Shown piece after piece: positions 38,098 through 51,099 of a DNA stretch of 64,000 nucleotides. Location: positions 5,146,001-5,210,000 of the forward strand of contig OX597814.1 in NCBI GenBank assembly GCA_951406725.2. The letters are read 5' to 3'. The stretch's first letter is position 1. Every line of letters begins with the position of its first letter. The notes under the pieces are model-generated. The model was given only the letters and a program-made list of their open reading frames with translations. It did no database searches and had not been told where the DNA came from. The translations under genes were made by a program, and so were the position numbers. The stretch is from Octopus vulgaris. Taxonomy: Eukaryota.

Positions 38098-41000
38098 GAG
38101 TGAGAGAGCAGAGCACGCCATCAAAGTGGCAGTTGGGTGTGTGTGTGACATGGATAGGGGTAGTGGTAGTGGTGTGGGTAGATGGGGTGGTTGTAGTGGA
38201 TGTGTGTGTGCATAAATACATACATAAACTGTTTCATGATTAAAAAGGGGTTTATTTCCATGGGTTATAAGTTCACTACATAAAAATGTAAGCAAATGCT
38301 ACGCATTGCTTGTACAGAACACATATTAAAGATGAATATGTTTGTGTGTGTGTGTGGGTGTGTGCGTGAATCATTCAGAACAGTGACCTGTAGGCATTTC
38401 TCTAGTCGTCTCCAAAACGCGGGGTGTCTGCTGCTGTGTCAGCTCCGATTGTGTGTTTCTCTGTTTTTCCCCTTTGTATTTATAATATCTCAAACAGCTA
38501 GAAAGATAGACATACTGCAACAGAGTTACTACTTAAGTAGGTCATCGTTAGTCCAGTTGAACTTCGCCTGACATGGCTCAGGTCGTAGGTCAAAGGGAGA
38601 GGATCAATCACCTTTTGACAGAACAAAGGGATTCTTAAATTTCGCGCCTATACATGCATTGGTATTTGACGACCGATGATTCTTGGATTCGATTTCGAAT
38701 CCAAGCTTAGAGAAGGAAGTGCTAACTCTTACACGGTCTTAAATGGTGGCAGTGGGGGTGGGGGTGGAATACTGATAAAGGAAGTGATGGTTGTTCAGCG
38801 ACCAAAACAAATGATTCTGTAATTATTTACCTTTCCTTCTTGCAATTCTTCAATGACTCGATGCAGTTCCACAGTCTCAGACAATTGCTTCTGGCTTCTT
38901 GACATTTTTAACTCAGACATTTCTTCCTGAAAAATAATAAAACACACGCAACAACTCAAACAATGGAAGTGATACGTTATACGGGGTGGAGGGGGTGGCA
39001 CGTGCATATGAACATGTGTGTGTGTATGGTTGAGTGAATTTGTATGCCTGTGTAAGTGAGTGTATGTGTGCACATGTATGTACGAGTGTGTATATGTATA
39101 GGCATGTATAGCTGTGTGTTTGTGTGTGTCATCATCATCAACATCATCATCGTTAAACGATGATGATGATGATGATGATGACACACACAAACACACAGCT
39201 ATACATGCCTATACATATACACACTTGTACATACATGTTCACACATACACTCACTTATATGTATATATATTTATTTTCTCTCCCTGTTTATTTCTGTGTT
39301 CCTTTCTGTCGAAGAGCATAGGCTCGAAATGTAAAAGACTTTCTCACTTCCCGAGCGTTAAACTAATATATCTGTTTATTGTTTACACACCTGTCTTTGT
39401 AAAAGGCACCATTTGAGCGTGATCGTTACCAGCATCGCCTTACTGGCACCTGTGCCGGTGGCATGTGTAAAAATATTCGAGCAAGGTCGTTGACAGAACC
39501 GCCTGACTAGCCCCCGCGCCGGTGGCACATAAAAAGCACCCACTACACTCACAGAGTGGTTGGCGTTAGGAAGGGCATCCAGCTGTAGAAACTCTGCCAA
39601 ATCATGATTGAAGCCTGGTGCAGCCATCTGGTTCGCCAGCCCTCAGTCAAAATCGTCCAGCCCATACTAGCATGGAAAGCAGACGTTAAACGATGATGAT
39701 GATGCAAATTCTCATCATATATATATATATATATATATATTGATGCCAACGCCTGGCTTCCGTGCCGGTGGCACGTTAAAAGCACCAACTGATCATGGCC
39801 GATGCCAGACTTCCCTGGCACCTGTGCCGGTGGCACGTAAAAAGCACCCACTACACTCGCGGAGTGGTTGGCGTTAGAAAGGGCATCCAGCTGTAGAAAC
39901 ACTGCCAGATCAGACTGGAGCCTGGTGCAGCCTCCTGGCTTCCCAGATCCCCGGTCGAACCGTCCAACCTGTGCTAGCACGGAAAACGGACGTTAAACGA
40001 TGATGATGATGATGATGATATGGTTGATGGTTATGATGGTGAAATAGTTGTGTGTGTACGTAACATAACTGACAAACTGAACCACTTATAGCTTATATAT
40101 CATCATCATCATGATTTTCATGTCTGTTCATTTCTATTGCTAGCATGGGTTGGGTTGGGTTATCTGAGTGGATCCAATCAGAGGAGGACCAGTGTCTCAG
40201 TTCCAGCCTGGTTTCTTTGGCTGGATGTCCCTCCTAACACCAGATGCTGGACACACTATCCTGGCTGCTGGTTTATGACATCATTTTGCATATATGATAT
40301 ATATATCTTCTTTTATTCTTAAACTTGTTTCAGTCATTTGACTGCAGCCATGCTGGAGCACCGCCTTCAGTCAAACAAAGTGACCCCAGGACTTATTATT
40401 AGTAACTCTAGTAATTATTCTATCGGTCTCTTTTGCCAAAGCGCTAAGTTACAGGGACGTAAACACACCAACATTGGTTGTCAAGCGATGGTGGGGGGAT
40501 AAACACAGGCACACAAATACATACATATATATATACACACACACAATATATCTATATATATATATGATGGGCTTCTTTCAGTTTCCGTCTACCAAATCCA
40601 CTCACAACGCTTTGGTTGGCCCAAGGCTATAGTAGAAACAAACAAACAAACACTTGGTACATACAAAGACGGTCACTCTTCATCGTTTTATCATTTCATT
40701 ATCCCTAAACATTTTATTTTATTCTTCATTCTGTTTTGCATTTCCTTATGTTCTGACCATTAAGACAGTTTTGCAATTTACAGTCAACCTCACCCCTGCA
40801 CCCTCCCCCCTTTCTTTTTGTCTATCTCTTTATTTCTGTATTGTGTACTTTGATTATAATTGTATTTTGTCTATCTACGGCTTTAGTTTTGTCTGTAAAC
40901 AGCTGAGAAAGACTCACTGCTTTTGTGTAGTATGCATTGTCACACTGAATCAGGTGATGTGAGGATACTTATTTAAACAATCACCTGAGGAAGTGCATTT

Positions 41001-44000
41001 CACACTTCAGAAGTATGATAATGATTACATGACATCTCACCAATGCACGACAGGTGTAAAAAGGTGTTGAAACAATTGTTGTGATTTAAGTAAGGAATGT
41101 AATTCATTCCATTTTCTATCATTTATCTATTTTTATGTGTGTGTGTGTATCATCATTTAAAGTATGTTGTCCATACTGGCATGAGTCGGATGGTTTGACC
41201 AGGGCCAGTAAGCTGAGGGTGTGTACCAGCCTCTAGTCTGAATTGGCATGGTTTCTACAGCTGGATACCTTTCCTAACACCAACCACTTTGAGAGTGTAA
41301 TGGGTGCTTTTACGTGCCAGTTGCATGGCACCAGTCTCTATCACAACTGTGATTTCACTAGGCTCAATGGGTCTTCTTCTCAAGCAGAGCATATGTTACA
41401 GGTTTCGGCCATTTATCATTGCCTCCGTAAGATCCAATGCTTGAAAGGGTTTTGTTTTTACATGCCACCAGCAGAGGTGCTAGCTATGCAACACTAGCAT
41501 CGGCCATATTGCTTCCATGAGGCCCAACGCTCAAAAGGTGCTCCTAACGTGCCACTGGCACAGGTACTAGTTACATGACATCAACAGTGGCCACATTGTC
41601 TCAATGAGGCCCAATGCTCAAAAGATTATTTTTACATGCCACCAGCCTGGGTGCTGGTTACATGACACCAGAATCAGCCATGCTGCCTCTATGAAGCTCA
41701 ACACTCAAAATGTGCTCTTACAAGGTGCTCAGTACAAGGGCCAGTTATGCTACACTGGCATCGGCCATGACTACGATCTCAGTTGGCTTGAAGGGGCTTC
41801 TCAAGCACAGCATATCTCCAAAGGTCTCGGTCACTTGTCATTGCCCAACGTTCAAAGATCATGCTTTACCACATCGTCCCATGTCTTCCTGGGTCCACCT
41901 CTACCACAGATTCCCTCCACAGTTATGACATTGGCACTTCTTTACACAGCTGTCCTCGTCCATACGCATCACATGTCCATACCAGTGCAGTCGTCTCTCT
42001 TGCACACCACATCTGATCCCTCTAATGCCAAACTTTTCTCTGCAGATGCTTACACTCTGCCATACATGCACACTGACATTGCACATCTAGTGAAGCAGAC
42101 TGGCTTCATTTCTCTCAAAGCATCCATTTCAGCTACTGACTCAGTCACCTAGATAACAGAAGCTATCTACTACCTCTAGTTTACCCCACTGGCAGCTTAT
42201 GGAATCTATTTTCTGTACATTTTTAGTGTTTATTGTACCTGTGCACCTTCCGCATGCAAAAACTATTTTTCCAGTTAACCTTCCTCTGATACTGCTGTGC
42301 TTCATATGTGTCCACAGTTTGCACTGGGTACACCTTATGGAATTTCTACCTACACCTTTCCTACAGATCAAGCAGCGCCATCTACCTGAAGGGATCTGTG
42401 AGTTGTCTACTCTGCTACTTAGTAAGATTTTGGTTAAGTTAACTCTAAGGCCCTTCAATTCTAGGAAACATCTGAAATTCTTTCTCTAGTTTTGATAGTG
42501 ATCTCAGCTTTAAGAACAAGGTCATTAGCAGAGGAGCTCCCAGGGGCAACCCATCTTAAACTGCTCTGTTATTGCCTGGAGGAGGGGCCTGAGAACCGAC
42601 CCTACTTGTTCCCTGAGTTCTTCACTGTTTTCATTGCCAACCTTCACCTTACTGACAGCATCCCTATACATGCCTTGCACAGCTCTCACTAACAATTCAT
42701 CTATCCCTAGTTTCCACACTAACCACCAAATAATGGATCAGGAACCCTGCCAAAGGCTTTCTTCATGTCAATAAAAGCCAGGTACAGAAGTTTATCTTTG
42801 GCCAGGTATTTCTCCTGCAGCTGTCTTACCAGAAATTTAGCATCAGTGGTGCTTCTACTTGGCACGAACCCAAACTGCATCTCATCAAAAGTAACTCCCT
42901 CCCTAATTAGTTGGGCTATCCCTCTCTGTGACCTTTATTACCTGATCTAACAACTTGAAACCTCTGTAATTATTTATATCTAAAGCATCACCTTTATCTT
43001 TGTAGCAGTGAACTATGGTGCTGCTACACCAGTCATTGGATATGACTCCTTCATGAATTACCTGATTTACGATACAGGTGACAAGACCATAACCCACACC
43101 ACCAGATATGTTAAGCATCACAGTAGAGATTTCTAAAGGGCTGGGGGCTTCCCCATCTTCATATCCATCATGGCTTCATCTGCCATGCTACCGTCAATTC
43201 TGACTGCTGGTCTCTCTGTTGGATCAACATTTGACAGACTCTCCTTGTCCCATGCGTTCCCTACGTTTAGCAACCGTTCATACTGACACTCGCAAGACTC
43301 TTCCTTTGCAGAGTCACTAACTGCAAGTGAGCCATCATCCATGCAATGTTTGTTTGTGTGTGCATGTGTGTATATGTGTGTGTGTATGTATGTGTGTATG
43401 CATGGATGTATGTATATATGTGTATGCATGGATTTATGTATATATGTGTATGTATGTATGTATGTGTGTGTGTGTGTATGCATTGATGAATGTATGTATA
43501 TATGTGTATACATGGATGTATGTATATATGTGTATGGATGTATGTATATATGAGTAAGTATGGATGTATACGTGTATGTGTGCGTGTGTGTGTGTGCGTG
43601 TGGAGAAACTGATGGGTGGAGGACTGCCGAAAAACACGAAACTAATAAGGGAGATTTCTGATAGTTTAGTGGTCCCTGTGAATGACTGCCAACAAGATGA
43701 TTAGATCCTGTGTGCAAGGAACGAGAGCAGAATCACACAAAGGAATTACAACAGTACAAAACGGACACTGAGAAACATTCAACGTTTCCTTCGGCCCTTT
43801 CTTCTGCTTCTTTTCACTGAAGGTGTGGAAGCCATAATAAGGGGATGGCCATTACACTTCCATGTCAGTCAACATAATTTTAGTGTTTGAGACACGAAGA
43901 CAGAACATCAATGTAAAAATTCTCAAGGTAGACATAGCCAACTACTTCAGAGAAATGACCAATTTAAGGAGAAAGAGACAACAGAATCAGGAATTCCTTC

Positions 44001-47000
44001 CCCCCCTCATTGAGGTTGGACAGGTCTCACAGCATGTCCGAAACAGAATCAGGAATTCCTCCCCCTCATTGAAGTTGGACAAGTCTCACAGCATGTCCGA
44101 AACAGAATCAGGAATTCCTTCCCCTCATTGAGGTTGGACGGGTCTCACAGCATGTCCGAAACAGAATCAGGAATTCCTCCCCCTCATTGAGGTTGGACAG
44201 GTCTCACAGCATGTCCGAAACAGAATCAGGAATTCCTCCCCCTCATTGAGGTTGGACGGGTCTCACAGCATGTCCGAAACAGAATCAGGAATTCCTTCCC
44301 CTCATCGAGGTTGGACAGGTCTCACAGCATGTCCGATATGGCATTCACTATATATTTTGGGCCACATCCAAAACCCCACCCTTTTACACCTTACCATCAG
44401 ACCAATAAACACTAAAGGGGTTATCTACACACAGACTAAAGTGCTCCCGTGCACCTCCCACAGAACTGAGTTGGTATTCTTTTGATTTTTTAAAAAATAC
44501 TTTTATTTTTGGATGGGATATTTGTGTTTTCTTTTCGTTCTGTGCAAACTGTCAAATTCAGCCCAAACACACTGTACACTCATGTACACACCACAGACAT
44601 ACACATCTAAGTACGTACTCGAAGTTTCTGATTTTCTTCCTTCAGCTGAACCATTTCCACAGAGAAATTCTGATCAGGTAAACTTTCTGACTGAAAAAGA
44701 AGAAAAACTTGAGAGATAAATATTTTATTGAAAATGCAAATTTCTTGTTAAATCCTTATTTACAATATCAATGAAAGGGAGCATAGGGATGGCTGCCACG
44801 TTAACAAGTTTGCTATCTATCTATAATGTGTGTGTGTGTGTGTGTGAAGGTGCTCATATTTGTTGACGTAAAAAGCACCATCCAAACATGGTCGATGCAA
44901 GGTCCTCCTGACTGGCTCCCATGCCGGTGGCACACGAAAAGCACCAACCGAGTGTGTCCAATGCCCCAGACTGGCTCCTGTGCTGGTGGCATGTAAACAA
45001 CACTACCCGTACGAGATTGATGCCAGGCAAGCCAGACTGGCCCCTGAGCTGGTGGCACATAAAAAGCACCTATTACACTCTTGGAGTGTTTGGCGTTAGG
45101 AAGGGCATCCAGCTGTAGAAAACCATGCCAAATCAGATTGGAGCCTGATGCAGCCATCTGGCTTCCTAGACCTCAGTCAAACCGTCCGACCCATGCCAGC
45201 ATGGACAGCAGACATTAAACGCCGACGATGATTGATGGATGATGGTGGATGGATGGATGGATGGGTGGTGGTGGTGGTGGTGATGATGATGATGATGATG
45301 ATGTGGATTCAATTCTTGGACCCGGCAGTGCACTATGTTCTTCATTTCCCGCTGTACCAATCCACTCAACTGTAAATGGCTAACTTTGCAATGGACCCCC
45401 CTCCCCTCCCCATTCAGGGGAAATGTTGACCAGCTTCGCCTAGCCAACAGAGTGGCATCATTCGTAAAGCTAAAACAATGTGAAACACACTTGTGACCAG
45501 TGATGTGTATTAACATCCAATAGTCAGGTCAATACTGCGATATATCTTTATATATAAAAGAGAGGTTGTGTGTCTGTCTCCTACGATTTAGATTCCTAAC
45601 TACTCCCACATTTTGCGGTGCAGTTTAACCAAAACCGGGTATCTTATAGTCGTGATTCATATTGAGCCCTTCTGGGTATTAGCGCACGTCTATGATGAGT
45701 CTACGATTTAAAAAAAAATTTACCATCAATTTTTCTCATTTTTAATGCATTTTTGGCATATATAAGGGAAGTAACTCTCTAAAAATTTATTATTAAATCT
45801 CAGAACGTAAAAAGCTACAGTAACACCCCCCTCCCTTTGTGGTTAACCATATTGCGATGGCTATTATACTTTACATCTCTAAAAATGCTTATATAGTTAT
45901 TTCCCTTACAAACCCGAGCGATACTGCTAGTATATCTCTTTTACTCTTTTACTTGTTTCAGTCATTTGACTGCGGCCATGCTAGAGCACCGCCTTTAGTT
46001 GAGCAACTCGACCCCGGGACTTATTCTTTGTAAGCCCAGTAGTTATTCTATCAGTCTCTTTTTGCCGAACCGCTAAGTGACGGGGACATAGACACACCAG
46101 CATCGGTTGTCAAGCAATGCTAGGGGGACAGACACAGACACACATGCACACACACACATATATATATATATATATACATATATAAGACGGGCTTCCTTCA
46201 GTTTCTGTCTACCAAATCCACACACAAGGCTTTGGTCGGCCCAGGGCTATAGCAGAAGACACTTGCCCAAGGTGCCACGCAGTGGGACTGAACCCAGAAC
46301 CATGTGGTTGGTAGGCAAGCTACTTACCACACAGCCACTCCTGCACCTATATATATATGTATATATAAAATAATAATATTAGGGATTATATCCAAACTTA
46401 CAGGGAAAAACCAACCACTCCAAAAGTGTAATGGGTGCTTTTTATGTGCCACTGTCACAGGAGCAAGTCGGGGCAAGGGGGCTGGCATTGACCATGTCCG
46501 GATCTCCAAGAGAGCAGGGAATGCCCCACACACATAAAAATTGCCGTTGCCAGCCTCGCCTGGCCCCCGTGCCAGTGGCACATAAAAAGCACCATCCTAT
46601 CGTGGCCGTTTGCCAGACTCGTCTGGCACCTGTGCCGGTGGCACATAAAAAGCACCCACTACACTCTTGGAGTGGTTGGCGTTAGGAAGGGCATCCAGTC
46701 GTAGAAACATTGCCAGATCAAACTGGGCCTGGTGCAGCCTTCTGGCTTCACAGACCCCAGTTGAACCGTCCAACCCATGCTAGCATGGAAAGCAGATGCT
46801 AAACGATGATGATGATATATATATACATACATACATTTATATAGTTACCAACATCGCTTCACTGGCACCTGTGCCGGTGGCACATGTAAAAAGTTTCGAG
46901 CGAGGTCATTGCCAGTGTCGCCTGACTGGCCTCCGTGCAGGTGGCATGTAAAAAGCACCCACTACACTCTTGGAGTGGTTGGCGTTAGGAAGGGCATCCA

Positions 47001-49488
47001 GCTGTAGAAACTCTGCCAGATCAAGACTGGAGCCTGGTGCAGCCATCTGGTTGCCAGCCCTCAGTCAAAACCATCCAACCCATGCTAGCATGGAAAGCGG
47101 ACGTTAAATGATGATGATATATATACACATATATATATAAGCAAAGTTTAGGTAAGTTAAAATATGTTTGTGCCATATTTCGACTGTTAAAAGGCAAATT
47201 TACTCGAAGTACTGCAGCTAAACTTTTTCTCTTATGGTTAAAAGGTGTGAAAACATCATATTTTTCAGTGTTGCCATCTATCAGGATTCCCAGACATCAA
47301 TGTTTCTTGCTTGTTGGCTTTTATCAATGGGAAGTACCTAAGGGAGGCAACTCAGAGCAAATCTTATAAAGTAACAGCTTCATGTAAAACGCAGTCAACA
47401 ATGTTGAGTGATTTGTGCGCACGCACACACACGAACGCACATATATACACATATGATGGGTTTCTTTCAGTTCCAACCTACCACATCTAGTCACAAGGCT
47501 TTCATTGGCCTGAAGCTATAGCAGAAAACACTTGCCCAAGGTGCCATGCAGTGGGACGGGACCCAGAACCATGTGGTTGGAAAGCAAACTTCTTGGCCCC
47601 ACAGCCATGCCTGTGCCTCTGTGTATGCGTAGGGAGGATGGTAGATTGGACAAAAGGGATTTCCTTACTGTTTGGGTCAGTTGAGATATGTAAAGGTGAG
47701 ATGTCTGACTCTGTTTTCCTCCCCCTCCTTGCATCAGCCGGTCCCGCTGTGAATGTAATTCCTCGTTTTCACTCTCAAGCTGCAATTAGACATAAAAAAA
47801 CTCAAACAAACAAACTGATAAGATAACACAAAAATAAACCAAAACGACAGATCCTTCTCCCTTACACCATTTTATTTTGTTACAATGGAGAATGGATGGA
47901 AGCACTCCGTCGGTTACGACGATGAGGGTTCCGGTTGATCCGTATCAACGGAACAGCCTGCTCGTGAAATTAACGTGTAAGTGGCTGAGCACTCCACAGA
48001 CACGTGTACCCTTAACGTAGTTCTCGGGGATATTCAGCGTGACACAGAGAGTGACAAGGCCGGCCCTTTGAAATACAGGTACAACAGAAACAGGAAGAAA
48101 GAGTGAGAGAAAGTTGTGGTGAAAGAGTACAGCAGGGATCACCACCATCCCCTGCCGGAGCCTCGTGGAGCTTTAGGTGTTTTCGCTCAATAAACACTCA
48201 CAACGCCCGGTCTGGGAATCGAAACCGCGATCCTATGACCGCGAGTCCGCTGCCCTAACCACTGGGCCATTGCGCCTCCACACAATGGAGAATATTAAGT
48301 TGACAACAATGGTCAGACTCCAACACACATAGACGGTCGGAGCTCCTCTAAGCAAACAGTAAATATGGAGCAGAGAGATACAACGCTCCACAAAACACAG
48401 CAACCTTGTTGGTTGTGATAGTGGTGGGGGTCACTGTAGATGAAGAAACAGGACCACAGTCCGACAATAATTTCACTTTGTAACAGATCAGATATAAAGG
48501 CTGTGACATCAGACTGGTCAATTACTAACCACATGGTGTTCATAGTGTCACATGGTGGTCATGCTGTATAACTAAACATGTGGTGGTCATTTCTGGAACC
48601 AAAGTGGTACCTGATAACCATTGTTGGTGTGTTTATGTCCCCATAACTAATGTTCCTGGGAAGGACATTAAGTAATAAAAAAAAAAGAGAGAGAGAGAGA
48701 AATGAACAATTCCCTGGCCCCAGTTTTTAGTTGAGGAGGAGGAAGAGGTGACCCTCCCCCATGCCCACAGTTCACACTTGTCAGAATAAGCTTATCCACA
48801 AGTAACCCCCAGAAACTGGGGTCAGCTTCATCTTGCCACTGTATAAACCAAGAAATGGAACATGGTAAACTATAAACAAGATCAAGTACAGCTCCTTACC
48901 ATCTCTGCCAACTGTTTTTATCATTATTATTATTGAGTGAGAGAGCAGTTCATGCCATCAAAGTGACACTGGGGTAAAATATACAAAGCCCAGTATACCC
49001 ATCATGACTACCCGTCTGATAAGGGCACACCAGGCACATGCATCACAACCATATGTGCGCGACATGGTGATCTCATATCAAGATAAACAGCACATGACCT
49101 TGCAGGTGGGGCCCAGTTAGAATTTTGTTCTGGTCGAGTAACCCATCCCACTCAAACGGTCCCTGAATAAGGGTTGTTTAAGGATGTTGAAAGAACCACC
49201 CATGTTTCCAGAGGTGAATTATTCAAACCCCAAAGAATCCCTCTCAACACATGGCTATGATGCTCCCCCACTACTTCTGCTCGTGATCAGAGATGCACAT
49301 ATCGTTAGCCACTAAGGGACATGCTCAACTGGTTAAGGTCAAACAACTGACAAGCAAATCTGTGGTATTGAGCAGAATATTTGGTGTAGCCCATCTTTTA
49401 TACCAAGACAAAACAATGTACATGATAACACTTCCAATCAGTTAAGATCAGAAGCCATGAGAGCCACTGCCTGGTACTGCATCAGGGC

Positions 49489-49521
<33 letters not shown>

Positions 49522-49969
49522 GGTGGCAAGCAGGTAGACTCGTTAGCACACCGGATGAAATGCTTAGATGTATTTCGCTTGTCACTATGTTCTGAGTTCA
49601 AATTCTACCAAGGTCAACTTTGCCTTTCACCTTTACGAGGTCAATAAATAAAGTACCAGTTGTGTACTGGGGTTGATGTAATCGACTGGCCTCCTCCCCA
49701 AAATTCCAGGCCTTGCGCCTATAGCAGAAATTATTATTATTATTAAGGCAGTGAGCTGGCAGGATCGTTAGCAGCCTTGGCGAAATACTTAGCAGCAAAT
49801 TTGTCTGTCTTTGTGTTCTGAGTTCAAATTCTACTGAGGACGACTTCACCTTTCATCCTTTCGGGGTCAATAAAATAAGTACCAGTTAATCACTGGGGTG
49901 GGGAGGTTCAATGTAATCGACTTAGCCCCTCACCTGAAATTGCTGGCCTTGTGCCAAAATTTGAAACCA

Positions 49970-50017
<48 letters not shown>

Positions 50018-50651
50018 CGAAGTTGACTTTGCCTTTCATCCTATCTGGGTTGATTAGATAAGTACCAGTTGCGCACTGGGGTCGATGTAATTGATTTAAT
50101 CCCATTGTCTGTCCTTGTTTGTTGCCTCTATGTTTAGTTAAATAATTAGGATTAGGGTTTTGAGTACTGGATGGGGGGGATGTCATCAACTTACCGCCCC
50201 GCCCTCCCATGAAATTGCTGGCCTTGTGCCAAAATTCGAAACCAACACTAGTGCCACCGCACATCACCAATATTGTCTTTCAATATTTCGCTCTTCCTTA
50301 AGAGTTTCAGGTATCTCTTAAACCCTTCCAAGAAGATGTCTCAGTACAGAATGATTTAATGCCAAACTTACACGTTGCAATGAATTTTTCGTCCATTTTA
50401 GTTCCAGCTGAGTTTGATACAAGCAATGGTCAACCTCCTGCTTATCTTCACACTCTCTGAAATTAAAATTATTAAAAACTTATTAAAAAAAAAAAAAGAA
50501 ATAAACAGGAGTGGCTGTGTGGTAAGAAGCTTGCTTCCCAACCACATGGTTCTGGGTTCAGTCCCATTGCGAGGCACCTTGAGCAAGTGTCTTCTACTAT
50601 AGCCTTGTGAGTGGATTTGGTAGACGGAAACTGAAAGAAGCCTGTCGTGTA

Positions 50652-50696
<45 letters not shown>

Positions 50697-51062
50697 TCTT
50701 CTTCTCTCTATATATAAACGGCAGTTTGTCTCTGTGTGTCTGTTTGCTTGTACCCTCACCCTGACCACGGCTTTCAACCGATTCTGATGAAACTTGACAC
50801 ACACATAGCCCAATGTCATAATTCAAAACTAACGCAGCGAAAATTTTGAAAAGTTCCCCCAGTTCTGAAAAAAATCGATAAATTCGACATGGGGTCGAGA
50901 ATCAGAAACACAAACCACAGACTGTCTAGGGGACACAACTCGACCTTTTTAACTAAAAAAAAATTTACCATAATTTTTTTTCCCTTTTTTGGCTATAACT
51001 CTCTAAAAATGCTTTATAGTTATTTCCCTTACAAACCCAAGCAACGCCGGGCGATACTGCTA

Positions 51063-51099
<37 letters not shown>

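Noticed and set aside
38670-38710. Perfect hairpin CTTGGATTCGA-TT-TCGAATCCAAG after CCGATGA
   Set aside because: No following GAAA box or stem I; an isolated 11-bp stem is not enough for a call
43133-43717. 194-aa His/Thr/Tyr-rich ORF
   Set aside because: Microsatellite translation fused to the truncated 5' end of the RTE copy
48205-48281. tRNA gene
   Set aside because: tRNA-like head continues into a SINE body bounded by a TSD; no clean acceptor stem or terminator
48312-48465. Possible small MITE (gtcagact...agtccgac)
   Set aside because: Only 7 of 8 terminal bases match, no TSD, no second copy
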